64,000 nucleotides of DNA from positions 226,655-290,654 of the forward strand of contig MNCI01002312.1 of NCBI GenBank assembly GCA_015680685.1, written 5' to 3'. The DNA comes from Gnetum montanum. Its lineage: Eukaryota > Plantae > Gnetophyta. Below, piece by piece: positions 39,302 through 53,127 of the stretch. A model generated the notes under the pieces. The model made no database searches. It worked only from the letters and a program-made list of their open reading frames with translations, and was not told the DNA's origin. Position 1 is the stretch's first letter. Each line of letters starts with the position of its first letter. Both the position numbers and the translations under genes were made by a program.

Positions 39302-40632
39302 TATCATTGAAGGAGCCCAAGATGTGGAGGATTTGTGGGACAGTTGTCCAACGTCCTATGTAAAAAGGACATTTGGTAGCTATAGATTTTAATTTATATG
39401 GTTGTTGTAACTAAATTCCCTTAGTGGTTGTAACTAAATTTAAATTTCCATGATGTTTGTTACTAATAAGCCACTATAAAAAGGGCTTAAGGGCTAAAAA
39501 AAGGGGAAGGATGAATTAAGAAGAAATATTGAAGATTACTTGTAAAATAGCTTTATAAATGCAACATCAATTTAGTTGCTTTGCTTAAATCCTATGAGTT
39601 CTTTCTCATCTCATTTTATCTTACTTGCTTAGCTAATGATTTTGATAGGTTTATCCTTGGCATTTAATTTTGGGATTTTTTTATTACTCTTTTAGTTTTA
39701 ATGTCTTGTAATTCTAAACACTTATTGCTTAGCCATGTAAGAGCTAGTATTCTTCTATTGAAAATCATCTTATGCAATTTAATAGTAATACCTTTATGAA
39801 ATTTCTTATTCAAGTTTAGAGGGTCTAGAAAATCTTTGATATTTTGGGCTAACTTGAAATAGCTTAATTTTGAATTTTTTCCTCATGTACAATCTTGAAA
39901 TTGTTGTACCTTTTCTAATAGCTCTATTTTCTGCAATTCTTAACATCTATTAACTAGCCATATAATAGCTTGTATTTTTCTTTTACAATGTATTTTGGAC
40001 AATTTAATAGAAGTGTCTTTTATGAAATTACTTATTGAGCCCATAGGATTTGGATAATTTCTAACATATTAGGTTGAATTTGAATAGTTTTATTTCCAAA
40101 TGTTTTCTCATGTTAATTTTATCTCAATTAAATGTTTGAGATTTCACACAAATTTTCCTTCTCCCTTACTTTCATTTAAAAGCCATTGAATCTCATTCTA
40201 TTTCTATTTTTCTTATAGACTTTTCTCTCTAGGGAAAAATAGAAGTAGATTTTTGCAGGACTATGCTTAAGCATTTTGGTGAAATTTTATTTGTCTCAAT
40301 CACTGTACCATTAAGATTATATATATTGAGTAACTTAACAAAATAGGAGCGAATAATGATTCACAATATTCAAAAAAGTTAGCTAAATGTCTATTATAAT
40401 AGTCAATTATTTTTTAATACACAAATCCAACCATTTCAACAATCATAACAACAAATACACATTCACACTTAATTTTCTCTATTACCATTGAGTTTATTTA
40501 GAGGCATTTGGGCCTTGGTGTTTCAAGAGACCAGCAAACACCTAAACACAAGTTTGAAAGAACACCTTCATCTCCTATAATCCCAGTCACATGGCCAAAG
40601 GAAACATTGCTAATCCCAAATGGTTGCCAATA
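39302..40632 (+). repeat. Solo-LTR-like repeat, same family as 50563-51193
   Basis: TATAAAAAGGG at ~39475. Its 3' 450 bp align with 50770-51193 (CTCTAGGGAAAA.TAGAAGTAGATT; GGGCCTTGGTGTT; CCCAAAYGGTYGCCAAYA end). The left boundary is approximate. Confidence 0.6.
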
Positions 40633-40699
40633 CTACCTAGAGACTAACTTCCATTCTTCTCATTATCATTACAAAACAAACATTCAACAAGAAAGGGGA

Positions 40700-41930
40700 A
40701 GATATTTTTCAAGTCTTTCTTAGCTCCCTTATACACATTGATGATGTTTCTATTCTTTGACTCTACTCTCTACAACTAATAGCTCTACCAAATCTAGCTT
40801 AGAGCTTTTGATATTTGTTCTCTCTTTAGAAAGCCAAGCCAATACCTCAAAATTATAGGATCCTAGGTGATTATGACTTGTTTTTGATCCATAAAAATTA
40901 TAAAAATGGCTTTCTCTATAGATTAACTCTTTATTAACCTTATACATTCCATCATGCTAGGATAGGGATGTTTCAAGTTTAAGGTACATAAAATGCCTAC
41001 CCTTTCAAACTTATTGAAATACTTCACTCCTTTAAAAAGCTACTATTGGATACTTTGTACCTTGTTTTTCTAACTTCTAACTCTTTAACCAAGCTAGTTA
41101 CACCAAAAAACTTAGGCTCATCCACACCTTTTTGAGCTATAATAATCATCATAGAATGGTCAATGCAATAATACAAAAATTTTGTTTTTTTCTAACAAAT
41201 AACTTGACCATAAATACTCATCTCTTAGTCGAAGAATGATCGTCAAACTCTTAGGATATTCCACATTCTTCCCATGGGTTTCACCTCATAATGGATGTAG
41301 CCATCCCCTATTCTCATATTCAGTCCAAAACTAGTGAAGCAATAAGCTTCTATATTAAGCTTCAAAATGGGACATGACCTAAAGTTGCTAGTTGTGGTAT
41401 TGAGAAAAGTCTCATAGCAATGTTTGTAAAAATTCAAAATTATCTAATCCCTATACATAGGGATCCATGAACCTACACACCCATACTATAGTTAGTCATG
41501 ATTAGCACTTAGCTAATTTTTTACTAATCATTCAAAACCAACTCACCTTTAAATAAACATCTATGAACTTGTTGGATTCAAAATTTCTCTAGAAGTATGT
41601 GTTTCTAGAAGTAATGTACTATCAATACTAAGCTATTCATATCCTTCCTTTTTCATAGCTTGTCCAAATATTTCCTATAAACTAAGATATCCTTAGATAG
41701 TTCTTCTATCTCTGACTACTATTCATAGATGATCTTTGTTAGCTCAATTAACAATCCAAGAAGTATTTACTCCAAAACTCTCAAAATGGTTTCCTCTCCT
41801 AAGCTTATACAAATCACCATGTGGAAGTACTTGAAGAACTTCAAAAATTCTATGGCCACTTATTAATCCTAGATCTTATGATGCATCATAGATGCATCAT
41901 CAAATAGTGGATTACATTTGATAAGCCTTT
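40700..41930 (-). pseudogene. Very decayed minus-strand coding-like segment upstream of pol E
   Basis: Codon-like reading on the minus strand (VAIEFLKFFKYFHMVICISLGEETILRVLE*ILLGLLIELTKIIYE). No recognised domain. Confidence 0.3.
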
Positions 41931-43299
41931 CCTTTCACCTTTTATTCTCCAAGATGATCCTCTCATTTACTAATAGAAAAAACATAGGCTCAATCACCAT
42001 TAGTATTGGTGCTACAACATCCCTACAGAAATAATACAACACTTATTTCTACTATGTTAAAATATAGTATAATGCATTGTTTCCTTTTGGTAATCATTGA
42101 TGTCAATATGTTTTGACATATTACATGAAACCTCTTCCTAGTATTTCATGTGAAAACTTCTAATACTGTACTCTTTAATGCTTAGTATTAATACTTACAT
42201 CAAATCTTAGTTGATGTCTAACATCATTTCTTCTAAATGACATTTAGCCCAACCCCTATGTTTCATGTCATGACCTAGACTAATGTCATATATTAAATAT
42301 TTATCTTAGAATATGTAAAAATTCTATTCTACATGGAAAATTTCTACATGATGTGTTGCTAAATATATTGTTAGACTTAATGCATTCTTTGAGAACTCTG
42401 CATCAAAAATTCTCACGTCGTGTTCTTTTGTGTCATGTGCTTACTCAAAACCAAAAATCCTTAATTTTTAAAAATTGAATATGAAATATAAAAAATTACT
42501 ATACATATAATTCTACACTTTCATCACTATATTCTACATGAAAAGCATACTTTGGTAAAATAATGACTTTTCTCTTGAATCTCTTGCCTTTATGACCTAT
42601 GGATCAATGTTCACCAAGGCAATTACGAAATTACTATAGTTCAAAAATTATAGGTCAAAATTCAATATAAATCTTGGTAAAAAAATCCTTCCTTTGCTAA
42701 TAAAAACTTAATAATAGCATGCATTTACATGCAATGCAGTTTTAAACTTTAGAAAATGAAATTTATTAAAACCCTTGAAACTAGGTACTATTTATTAGGT
42801 TTTCAATCCCATAATAAAATCAATTTTAAAATGTTAAATTTTTTCTCTATAGATAATTCTACCTAGATAATGTTTCTCAAATCAAGCCTAGCTTGATGTT
42901 TTGCTAGCAAAAATCCATTAGAAAAATTTAAAAATCAAGTTTTCATTATAATGTAATACACAGAAATAGTTCTTAACCATAACTAAAATTCCTAGCTAGG
43001 GTTCATGTTACTTATATTTATGTCTTTTGAGGAAGAATGTAGGATTGTGGTAGTCCTATGCTACTATTGGTTCTACCTCTAGCTCCCTATTTAATGTTGT
43101 CAGTTACAATTACTTACTTATTTTCTAGTTTTTGACTTATCACTTTTTTCTCTTAACTTTGCTTTCACATCATTTCTAAATTTCTGAGTTGCAAATCAAA
43201 GCTTTCATGTCATTTTCTTCTTCTAATTTATTTATATAGGCCTATAAAACAACATTACTTCTAGAAAATATTAACTTTTGATAGGTGATGTTTTGACAT

Positions 43300-46200
43300 A
43301 ATCTAGTTTTTACATTGCACATCATTTCATTTTTGAATCTCTTCATGGACTATAATTGCTCTGATTTTGATCTAGGCCAACATGGCTACTTGTCCATCAT
43401 TCCTCATTCAGCCTCTTGCTTATAGTATCATGAACATTAGGTATGTTAGATCCTCAATATATCTTTATTATCTTTGAATCATGTTCAACAAGTATAGCTT
43501 CTCTTATAGCTTCACCAAACATTACTAAGGATTAACTAATTCCCCAATCCAACCTTTCTTTTCTTGATTGAGATCTCTCTTTGAGAAATGATAATCTAAT
43601 TAATCTAGCTATACTTAATAATAAAGGTGAATATAATACACTTTAACTTAGTTCTTTTCTTTCTCAAGATTACAAGAAAGCTATTATAGCTACGTTACAA
43701 AATCACTCAGTTTCTTTTACCCAAGGCTATAGTGATGTATCTAATCTAGATCTAAGGCTGGTACAACATAATATTATTTCATAAGAAGGTTATAAATCTA
43801 TTAAATAGAAGACTAGAAAAACTCATCTAACCATTTCTCTTTCTATAAAATAAGAAATTACTAAGCTCTACAATGTTAGGTTTATCTATCTTGTTGACTA
43901 TTTAGATTATGTCTCCAACATGGTTGTGATTCCTAGGAAGAATGGTGGAATTCACATATGCATTAGCTTTTGATACCATAAAAAAGCTTTCGTTAAAGAT
44001 GATTTTCTACTACCAAATATCAATTAGCTCATAGACTTGATAACTATTCATGCTCTCTTATCGTTTATGAATGGGTTTTTTTTATTATATTCAAATCTAG
44101 CTAAATATAGAACACTAATAATATACTACTTTTATGACTCCTTGAAGAACATTTTCCTAGACTAAAATGTCCTCCAAACTCAAGAATACTAAAGACACCT
44201 ATCAACATGTTATGAATATCATTTTTAGTGATATGATATACAAAATAATCAATGACTATATTGATGACTTGACTATTAAATCCACTTTAGCATGTGATCA
44301 TGCTCCTAACCTAGACCAAGTCTTAACCCACTATGACAAATGTAACCCATATAATAACCATAAGAAATGTATCTTTGGTGTTCTTATAAGTAAGATGTTG
44401 TATTATCTTGTATCTCAATATGGTATAACAATTGATCTTAACATGGTTAAAGCTATTATAATCTCTTACCATCTAGAAACATTCAAGACATTTGTGTTCT
44501 ATAATACCATATTCAATTGATTTGTCATTTTATCATCAATATTACAAATTATTTCCATCCTTAACTCATTTACTTTACAATTCTAACATTTTCATCTAGA
44601 ATGAGAAGTGCCAAAATGTCTTTGTTACCATCAAAGAAGTCTTAACTTTCCTTTCTATGCTACATCTTACATGATTTGATTAATCTTCTTTCCTTCATAT
44701 CTCTAAATCCAACCATTCCATAGCTATCATGCTTTATCAAAAGATAAGAAGATGGAGATGATCTTTCTATATATTACATGTCATCCTTTTTTAGACTATG
44801 AAACTAGATATTCTAAATTTAAAAAGTCTTGTCTAAGTTTTGTCTCTGCTCTTAGGAAGTGAAGGCATTATTTCTTATATGATAAAGTGTTTATCATTTG
44901 TAGAGGAAAAATTCTTAAATAAAGTGTTATAACCATTTTGATAGTCATCACTTATCTTGTTGGAAAAATTTTCTCATTAAGTTTAATCTTTTTTATTTAT
45001 CTTAACACTTTGTTAAAGGTCAAGTTATAGCTAATCTAATCTCTTCTTGTAAATCTAATGATATTATTCACAACTTACATGATGACATGAGTAACTCAAA
45101 TTTTGTCCTTCATTTCAATGAATCTCATACTTCCTTCAAATGTATTGCAACTTGTGTTCTTGTTGTTCCTACTAAAGATATTCTCTATAGAACTTATTAA
45201 CTTGAATTTTCATGTACTAATAATATACCTAAATATAACACTCTAATTTGTGGTCTCTTGCTAGCTTTGCAAAATCAACTCAATACTATTACTATTTATG
45301 ATTATTTTCAACTCATCATAAACCAAGTTAATGATGAATATTACTATAAACATCCTCATCTTATTTCTTATCTAGATATGGCTAAGGAACTTATTTCTTC
45401 CTTTTTAGCTTATATCTTAAGTCATATTCTACATTCTAAAAAAGATGCTAGTCAATGCTTTGGCAAAATTTGTAATTCATGGTAATCCATCTACCATATG
45501 TGATTAACTTATGTAATATATTTACTTAACATTTATAACACAATCTTCTAATATCTTAATCAATGTTATCAACAGAGTTGATAAAAATCACCATAATATT
45601 GGTATTGGTATTCTTTATTATCTCACTACTGTTAAAACTCCTAGTCATGTGTCACTTGCTCAAAATGATGTTCTATGTAAATGTATTCAACATTTTCATT
45701 TAATAAATCCCAATATTCTACATTGATTTTATACTATAGGTGTTCTTCTATGTTATATTAACCTAGCTTTGTCTAGGATAGTCCTTGATTAAGTTCATTC
45801 AAAATTTTATAGTGAATACTTAGGGTTATGTTCTCTAACTTCTTATGTCATTTCTTTGAGCTATTTGTGAAAACCTTAGCTAAGGATGCTTATGACCTAA
45901 TCAAAACATGTGATACTTATCAAGGACATGCACTGCTCATCTATGCTCCTCCACAAGAACTTCATATATCTTAGATTACATGGTCTTTTAAAAAATTGAA
46001 CCTACACCTAATTAGTGCCTTTACTCATCCTTCTTTTGCCAGGAACCAATTTATTCTAACTATTATGGAATACTTGAATAAGCAAGAAGAACCAATTCTA
46101 TTCCATTACACTAAGTCTTATTTCATTTATCATTTTATCCATGATCATATCATTACTTGTTTTGATATACCTCTCTAAATTATGATTGACAATGATTCTC

Positions 46201-46846
46201 AATTTAAAAGTAAAAAGGTAGTTTATTTTTGTTCTATGTATTATGTCACCCAATCATTTTCTTCACCTTCCTATCCTCAATCTAATGGTCAAGTCAAATC
46301 CACTAATACAACTCTCATTCACTTTCTCTATAACATGGTCAACAAAAACCCAACACAATTAGTACATTAAGTTGTCCTAGGCTTTTTAGATCTATTACAC
46401 TACTTTTCCTATAGTCTATAGGCATATCTCATATCTATAAACCTATGATTCTAAGGAAATATTATGATTTGAGCTTTGCATCCCATATCTCCATGTTACT
46501 TTGCATGATTAACTCTTAGATCAACATAATGATAGCATGTGATGCATTGAGTTGAATATTATTGAAGAATAATATCAAGCTACTCTTAAGAATATAAATG
46601 AATATTAGAAAGACATTCAACATCATTATTCTAAGCATATCAAAATATAGTAGATTCATGAAGGAAGGTGACATAATCCTTTACCAGTTTCCAAACTCTA
46701 GAAATACAAAGTCCTCTTCCAAATGGTAGGATCTTTTTGTTGTAGTTCAATATTTACATAATGATACCAAAATTTTATCTAATTTGAAAGGACATCAATT
46801 TCTATATCCTATCAATAGGATATTTTTGAAACACTGCTACATGTAG
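43300..46846 (+). pseudogene. pol: Highly decayed Tat-type pol (RT-RH-aRH-INT) of element E
   Basis: KDDFLLPNI, LKNTKDTYQHVMNIIFSD, YIDDL, KKCIFGV, CTNNIPKY, IDNDSQFKS and SPSYPQSNGQVKSTN. Confidence 0.85.
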
Positions 46847-48123
46847 TTAACTATCTTATCACAACATTAAATCTACTAGCTATTCGAGGCTAAACATGTA
46901 TTCTTCTAGGAGCAATTTAGTCTACATTAGCTCTTTTATACCATGAATGGATACATACTATATTATAATAACATGTTTATTTTAACCTTGTTTTCTTTAA
47001 ACCATTTTGACTACTAATCGTCCTCTCTATCTCATATTCTACTATCTCTCCGTATATTTTTCTCATATGTTCCTACTTTATCTATCTTATTCTACTATAT
47101 GTGCTTAGAATAATTAGTGAGATTTTTGAATGATTGAATATCTCATTGCTTCCTATGAGGATGTGATTAAGTATATTATTGAATGAGACAAGAAGGTGTT
47201 ACTATTTCAATACTATACATGGCATTTTTTCATCCATATAGTGTGTAGGATTTAATCATACCCCACTTCTATTACATAGCACCATTCTGATGAGAGTTGT
47301 ATAGGTTATATCCTCTTCTCTTTCCTTTTTCTTTTGCTTTCTATTTTCATATACTATAATTTCTGTTTTCGTGTACTATATTTTTTTCTTCCTATTATTC
47401 CCTTCTCTTATCTATTCTCATTTATCTCTATATTTATCACATTGATGAGGGCAAATAAGTATCTTTACCTTGAAGTAGTGAGGGAGTGTTGAGTGAAATG
47501 TGACATAAGAAGTAAGAATACTCATTTGAGTGAGGTGAGGAAGAGGTGGATTTAGTCATGTTTCACTTCTATGACATAACATCTCATTTTTATTATATTG
47601 GTGATATCCCTAGCATGCCCTCCTTATACTTTTATTATTTTAAGTTTTTGCTTTCATCTATCTTCCTATCTTTCTCTACCCCTTTCTCCTCTCATACTTT
47701 ACATTGGTGAGGCTAAATGAATGTCTCTTCTTTACTCTAATGAGGGTGTGACTAAGAGAATTGAGTGGATTGGGGAGTGTTTTTCTAATACTTTGTGTGT
47801 TTCAGCATTAATTTTTCTATTCATGACATCTAACATCATTCTATCTTTTGACATTCAATGTCATTTATCTATGTCAACTACATTTTAACATTAACTACAA
47901 CTATGTACATCATTTCTCCTATCTACAAGTTTTTGTGAGCCCTAATGTATCATTCCTTTATGATTTATTAGGAATTTCTTGCCTATAAATAAGAGCATAC
48001 CTCTAATCAAGAAGGGGTTGGACATATCAAAAAAATAAATAATCTTTGAATAAGACTAATTTCAATGATTACCAATTAAGTATTAAACCCTCTAAGAGAT
48101 TTCATCCATTTTAGAGCTTCTAA

Positions 48124-48534
48124 TGTTAGGAATTGAAACAAGAAAAAAAGAAATAAAATATCACAAACAAACACACAAAACATGAAATATTTTATGTGGT
48201 TCGGCTTAATGTTGCCTACATCCATGACTATAATTTTTATTCATTTCTTAGGTTTCACAATGATACACTCATTCTCCACCAAAGGAAGGCACATTACACC
48301 TATATATATAACTAGGATTTTCATCTTTCCAAACATAAATAGCTAAATTTTCTAGCTTTCCTTCCAAATTAATAGCTAGTAAGCTTTCCAAATTTCATCT
48401 TTCCAAATTAATAGCTAGAAATTTTAGCTTTTCAAATTGTTGGCACATTTTGGCCATCTTATGGAAAAGTTTGGCATGATTAAAGGTTTATACAGTTAGA
48501 AGAATTTCAGTTTGTAGAAAAAGGAGATATAACA
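48124..48534 (-). repeat. Solo LTR, probably Ty1/Copia (411 bp)
   Basis: Terminal inverted TGTTA...TAACA, flanks TCTAA/TCTAT (4/5 TSD), and an internal GTGGTTCGGC...TGCCTACATCCA motif typical of reverse-oriented Copia LTRs. Confidence 0.65.
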
Positions 48535-49135
48535 TCTATGGAAAGAAAAATGGTCAAAGAAAGGATGTTATATCCATTATACAAATTATGCACTCATCAA
48601 TGTATTATCCTTTTATTCTTTTCATAAACTACATTAGTTCCATTCCCTACCTACACATCACCGTGGAAATTTTATTTTTGTCTGCTTTACCGTTGATACT
48701 TCTTGGGGATGCATTTGCCTATGCCTGTACTGTGCCATGTTTCTATTTTTGTTTGAAGTGTGGAAAAGGAGGCAGCTAAATAATCATTTGCAGAGCCTTC
48801 AGCATCACGAATTGGATGTGATTGCTGCAGAGAAAAAAATAAATAATAATAAGAAAAAAAATGCTGCCGAAGGAGTCAGTCTCTCTCAATTTGCAGATAC
48901 GGGCTCTCCTGTACCCTCCAATGTTGCTTTAGAAATTAGTGGAAAACTTCCTTTTAATGCATTAACTTGAATACATATGGATCCATGGTTGTGGAGGTTG
49001 GAATTGCTATCTAGACGACAATCAAGAATATGCTTGTTCCTATAGATTCTTTAATTAATCAAAGTTATCCCTGGGAAGAGATTTCAGTGGCCGTCAGCTT
49101 AACTGACAAGGGTTTCTAGGTTTGAATTTTACAGT

Positions 49136-49260
49136 GCAAAGTGGGGCTCATTGGCCGATCTGGATTTCCGTGTCCATGTGCATATAAGTCTGGTACAGTT
49201 ACCAGCACCATCGTTTGATCCACGAGTCGCACGGCTGCAACACGAACCCACGTTTCCCTT
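49136..49260 (+). pseudogene. Possible AN1-type zinc-finger (SAP-family) remnant
   Basis: After an acceptor-like TTTTACAG it reads CKVGLIGRSGFPCPC, then in another frame HHRLIHESHGC. This resembles the AN1 pattern KVGLTGFxCRC...HRYxExHxC. CpGs are locally retained. Confidence 0.3.
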
Positions 49261-49910
49261 TCTACAATTACGAATTTATGGAGGAACGCTTGGTGCCTGT
49301 TGTTGCTGTTGTGCATCAATGGCAAAAAATTAAAGGAGAAGCACAAAAATAGAAGGCAATGCTGACCACGTCGTCAGAATGGAGGTCTGGCAGAGACTGA
49401 TGCGTGCAATCACTCAAGATTTTAGGATAGATCTACGTTTCCACTCACTGCCGTGACTCACAATACTCTGTTGTAGGGATTCTTTCACTGTGGCCTTGTC
49501 AAGAAAACCTGGTTTTTCTAGGAACGCATTTAAAAAAAACTTATAGGTGATAATCACAAATGACATCCATTCCTAGAACCTACAATCCGAAATAGCAGCT
49601 GTGCCCGCCGATGCATTCGTTATCGCCATACCAATCCACTGAACACGGCGACAGAGACACGAAGGCATTCTAAGACAGGTGTATAACCGAATCTGCAGAG
49701 CAAGAGATATTTTAACTAATGCTGGAGTTGCAGTTTAATCTATCATTGAAACTTACCATTAATTTAATTATTCCAAGTGCCCTACTGAAGACTTACCTTT
49801 GATTTAATTATTCCAAGTGTTTAAACATTATTTTTCCAACATTATTATATATATAAGTTACTACTCATAAAATATTTGCAATATTAATGTTAAAATATTT
49901 GTAAAATATT

Positions 49911-50562
49911 NNNNNNNNNNNNNNNNNNNNNNNNNNNNNNNNNNNNNNNNNNNNNNNNNNNNNNNNNNNNNNNNNNNNNNNNNNNNNNNNNNNNNNNNNN
50001 NNNNNNNNNNNNNNNNNNNNNNNNNNNNNNNNNNNNNNNNNNNNNNNNNNNNNNNNNNNNNNNNNNNNNNNNNNNNNNNNNNNNNNNNNNNNNNNNNNNN
50101 NNNNNNNNNNNNNNNNNNNNNNNNNNNNNNNNNNNNNNNNNNNNNNNNNNNNNNNNNNNNNNNNNNNNNNNNNNNNNNNNNNNNNNNNNNNNNNNNNNNN
50201 NNNNNNNNNNNNNNNNNNNNNNNNNNNNNNNNNNNNNNNNNNNNNNNNNNNNNNNNNNNNNNNNNNNNNNNNNNNNNNNNNNNNNNNNNNNNNNNNNNNN
50301 NNNNNNNNNNNNNNNNNNNNNNNNNNNNNNNNNNNNNNNNNNNNNNNNNNNNNNNNNNNNNNNNNNNNNNNNNNNNNNNNNNNNNNNNNNNNNNNNNNNN
50401 NNNNNNNNNNNNNNNNNNNNNNNNNNNNNNNNNNNNNNNNNNNNNNNNNNNNNNNNNNNNNNNNNNNNNNNNNNNNNNNNNNNNNNNNNNNNNNNNNNNN
50501 NNNNNNNNNNNNNNNNNNNNNNNNNNNNNNNNNNNNNNNNNNNNNNNNNNNNNNNNNNNNNN
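49911..50562. other. Assembly gap (652 N)
   Basis: Run of N. Confidence 1.
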
Positions 50563-51193
50563 CAAAATGAAGTCTCGTACATGGTAGTTTACACAGCAAT
50601 TTTTTGGTAGCATAGTAGGATTGTCTTGAAGAAATTGCTTATTTGAGCCTTGGAAGTTTGAACAATTCATAGTTATTGAATTTGGGATAGCTTTATTGCA
50701 AAGTGTTTACTCGTGTCATTTTACCTTGTTTAAATATTTGAGGTCCACGCAAATTTTCTTTCTTTTCTATCTATTTCCATCGAATCTGGCTCTATTTCTA
50801 ATTTTCTTGTGGAACTATTTCTTTCTCTAGGGAAAATTAGAAGTAGATTCATAGAGTTGTGCTCAAATGTTTTTGCAAAATTTTATTTGTTACAAGTAGG
50901 TATTATAAGGACCATGGAGACTAGGTAATTAAACAAAATAGAAACTCTCAACAACTCACAGTACTTGGCAAAGTTGGCTAAATCTCTTTAAGATAAGTCA
51001 TTTGTAGTTTACACACAATGCAATCATTTCATTTTACACAACCGCACACTGCAACAGCACACACACACACACTCACATTAACTACTAAGTCTATTTGGAG
51101 GTATCTGGGCCTTGGTGTTGCCGGAGATTAGCAAGCACCTAAATCCTATTTGAGGACACTCGTTGGCAGTCGCGTCCCAAACGGTCGCCAACA
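50563..51193 (+). repeat. 3' portion of an LTR inserted into the 3' LTR of the Copia fragment
   Basis: Ends CCCAAACGGTCGCCAACA. Homologous to ~40190-40632. Confidence 0.65.
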
Positions 51194-53127
51194 CAAATAT
51201 GAAGAGAAAAAATCAGACTCCATTCTTTCCAACCTCTCACTTGGAGGCTAATTTTCAGAATCCACTAATGAAACCTTGTACCTCTCTTGCCCCATAAAAA
51301 AATGCTCACCTAGTGTGGTACCTCCTCATAATTAACCTTGGAGGCCAACTGAGATAGTGCACAACCTTAGTTTATCCAGAGTAACAACTTTGGTCATCAT
51401 GTATGTTGGGCTCTTTAATCTAAGAATCTTCTTTAATGACAATACTCCTTCATTTATCAATCCACGAATGTGGTGATACCTCAATTAAATATGCTTTGAT
51501 CTTTCATGGAATGCTAGATTTTTAGCAAGATGAATGGCACTTTAACTATCATTGTAAAGTGCATTGTTGTCTTGTCTCTTGCCCAACTCTTTCAAAAAAT
51601 TCTTCAACCAAATTATTTTTTTACTAGCTTATGAAATAGCCATATATTCTACTTTTGTGGTCGAGAGAGTAACACTTTTCTAAAGTCTAGACATCCATCT
51701 AATAGTAGTACCACCCAAAGTGAAGACATGACCTATCATACTCTTTCAATTATCCAAGTCTCCACCCAAATCAGTATATGAGAAGCCTTATAAAGTAACA
51801 TCATTCTTTTTAAAATAAAGTTTCATACTTGACGTGCCTTTTAAGTATCTAAAAATCCACTTCATAGCTTCCAATTTCTCCCTTCCTAGATTTGACATAT
51901 ACATGCTAACAACTCCTACTACATGAGCTATGTTCAGCCTTGTACACACCATAGCATATATCAAGATTCCAATCACTAAAGCATAAGGTACTCTAGCCAT
52001 GTATTTTCTCTCCTCATTTATTTTTGGTGACTACTCCTTAGAGAGACAAAATTGGCTTCCCATAGGAGTACTTCTGATATTAGCGTCTTGAAGTCTAAAC
52101 CTACTCAGCAACTTTTCTATGTACTTTTCTTGAGATAGCTTCAAAAGTCCCTTTAATCTATCTCTAGATATTTTCATCCCAAGTATATGCTTAGCTGGCC
52201 CTATGTATTTCATCTCAAATTTTTTTTGCCAATTGTTGCTTCAACCTATTGATCTCCTTCATACTAGGCCTTGCAACTAGAATATCATCAACATATAATA
52301 GCAATATGATATAAAAATCATCAAAATTATTGAAATAACAAAGCCACTATCACACATGAATCCATCAAAATTCTTGTACCATTGTCTAGGAGCCTACTTT
52401 AATCCATACGAAATTTCTTTAATTTACATACCAAATTTTCCTTCCATGGAACTTGGAAGCCTTCTAGTTGTGTCATGTAAATTTCTTCTTCAAGGTCACC
52501 CATGTAGGAACACAATCTTCACATCTAATTATTTGAAGTGTAGATTTTCTACAGCCATAATACTCAGCACCAATCTAATAGTCGTCAACTTGACTACAAG
52601 AGAGAATATCTCATTGTAGTCAATCCCTTTCTTTTTTTGAAAGCCCTTAATTACTAATCTAACCTTGTATATATTGCTACCATCATGCTCATCTTTGACC
52701 CTATACACCCACTTATTCTACAAGGCTTTCTTCCCTTCTAGCAAGTTAGTAAGTGTCCATGCTTCATTGCTTTCAATGGATTTCATCTCATCTTTCATGA
52801 CTAACTCCCACATGACTGAATCTTTCACTTGCACTGCTTCATAAAAATGCTTCAATTCCCCAACATTATTTAGAATTAAATAATGTAAACAAGGAGAATA
52901 TTATTGTGAATGTTTGATCACTCTATTTGATCTTCTCAATGAAGGCTTAGGGGTAATTGGTTATGCTTCTACACTTCCATTTTTAGGACTAGCTTGCACC
53001 ATTTTAGACACAACATTTTCTAAAATTTCCTCCAACTCAATCTTCTCATGTTCTTTTGTATATTTGCATGCACACTTTGATTCTATGGAAATCCTATCGT
53101 TAAACATCACATTTTCATTAAAGGTAA
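51194..53127 (-). mobile_element. pol: Ty1/Copia (Tnt1/Tork-like) fragment: end of INT, RT, RNase H, PPT and the start of the 3' LTR
   Basis: MARVPYALVIGILIYAMVCTRLNIAHVVGVVS, LLYVDDILVA, ILGMKISRDR, YKVRLVIKGF and HERSKHI. PPT CTCCAAGTGAGAG (minus strand) at ~51234-51246. Confidence 0.92.

Noticed and set aside
46850-46900. A coremin-like array after pol E
   Set aside because: Only faint TTAAA/CTAAAC words, with no recognisable stem or repeat.
49861-50670. Long ORFs of 230-269 aa
   Set aside because: Artefacts of translating the N gap.
39302-51193. The two related LTRs as a pair bounding one element
   Set aside because: They are too diverged, there is no PBS after 40632 and no TSD, and the interior is a mix of unrelated fragments.
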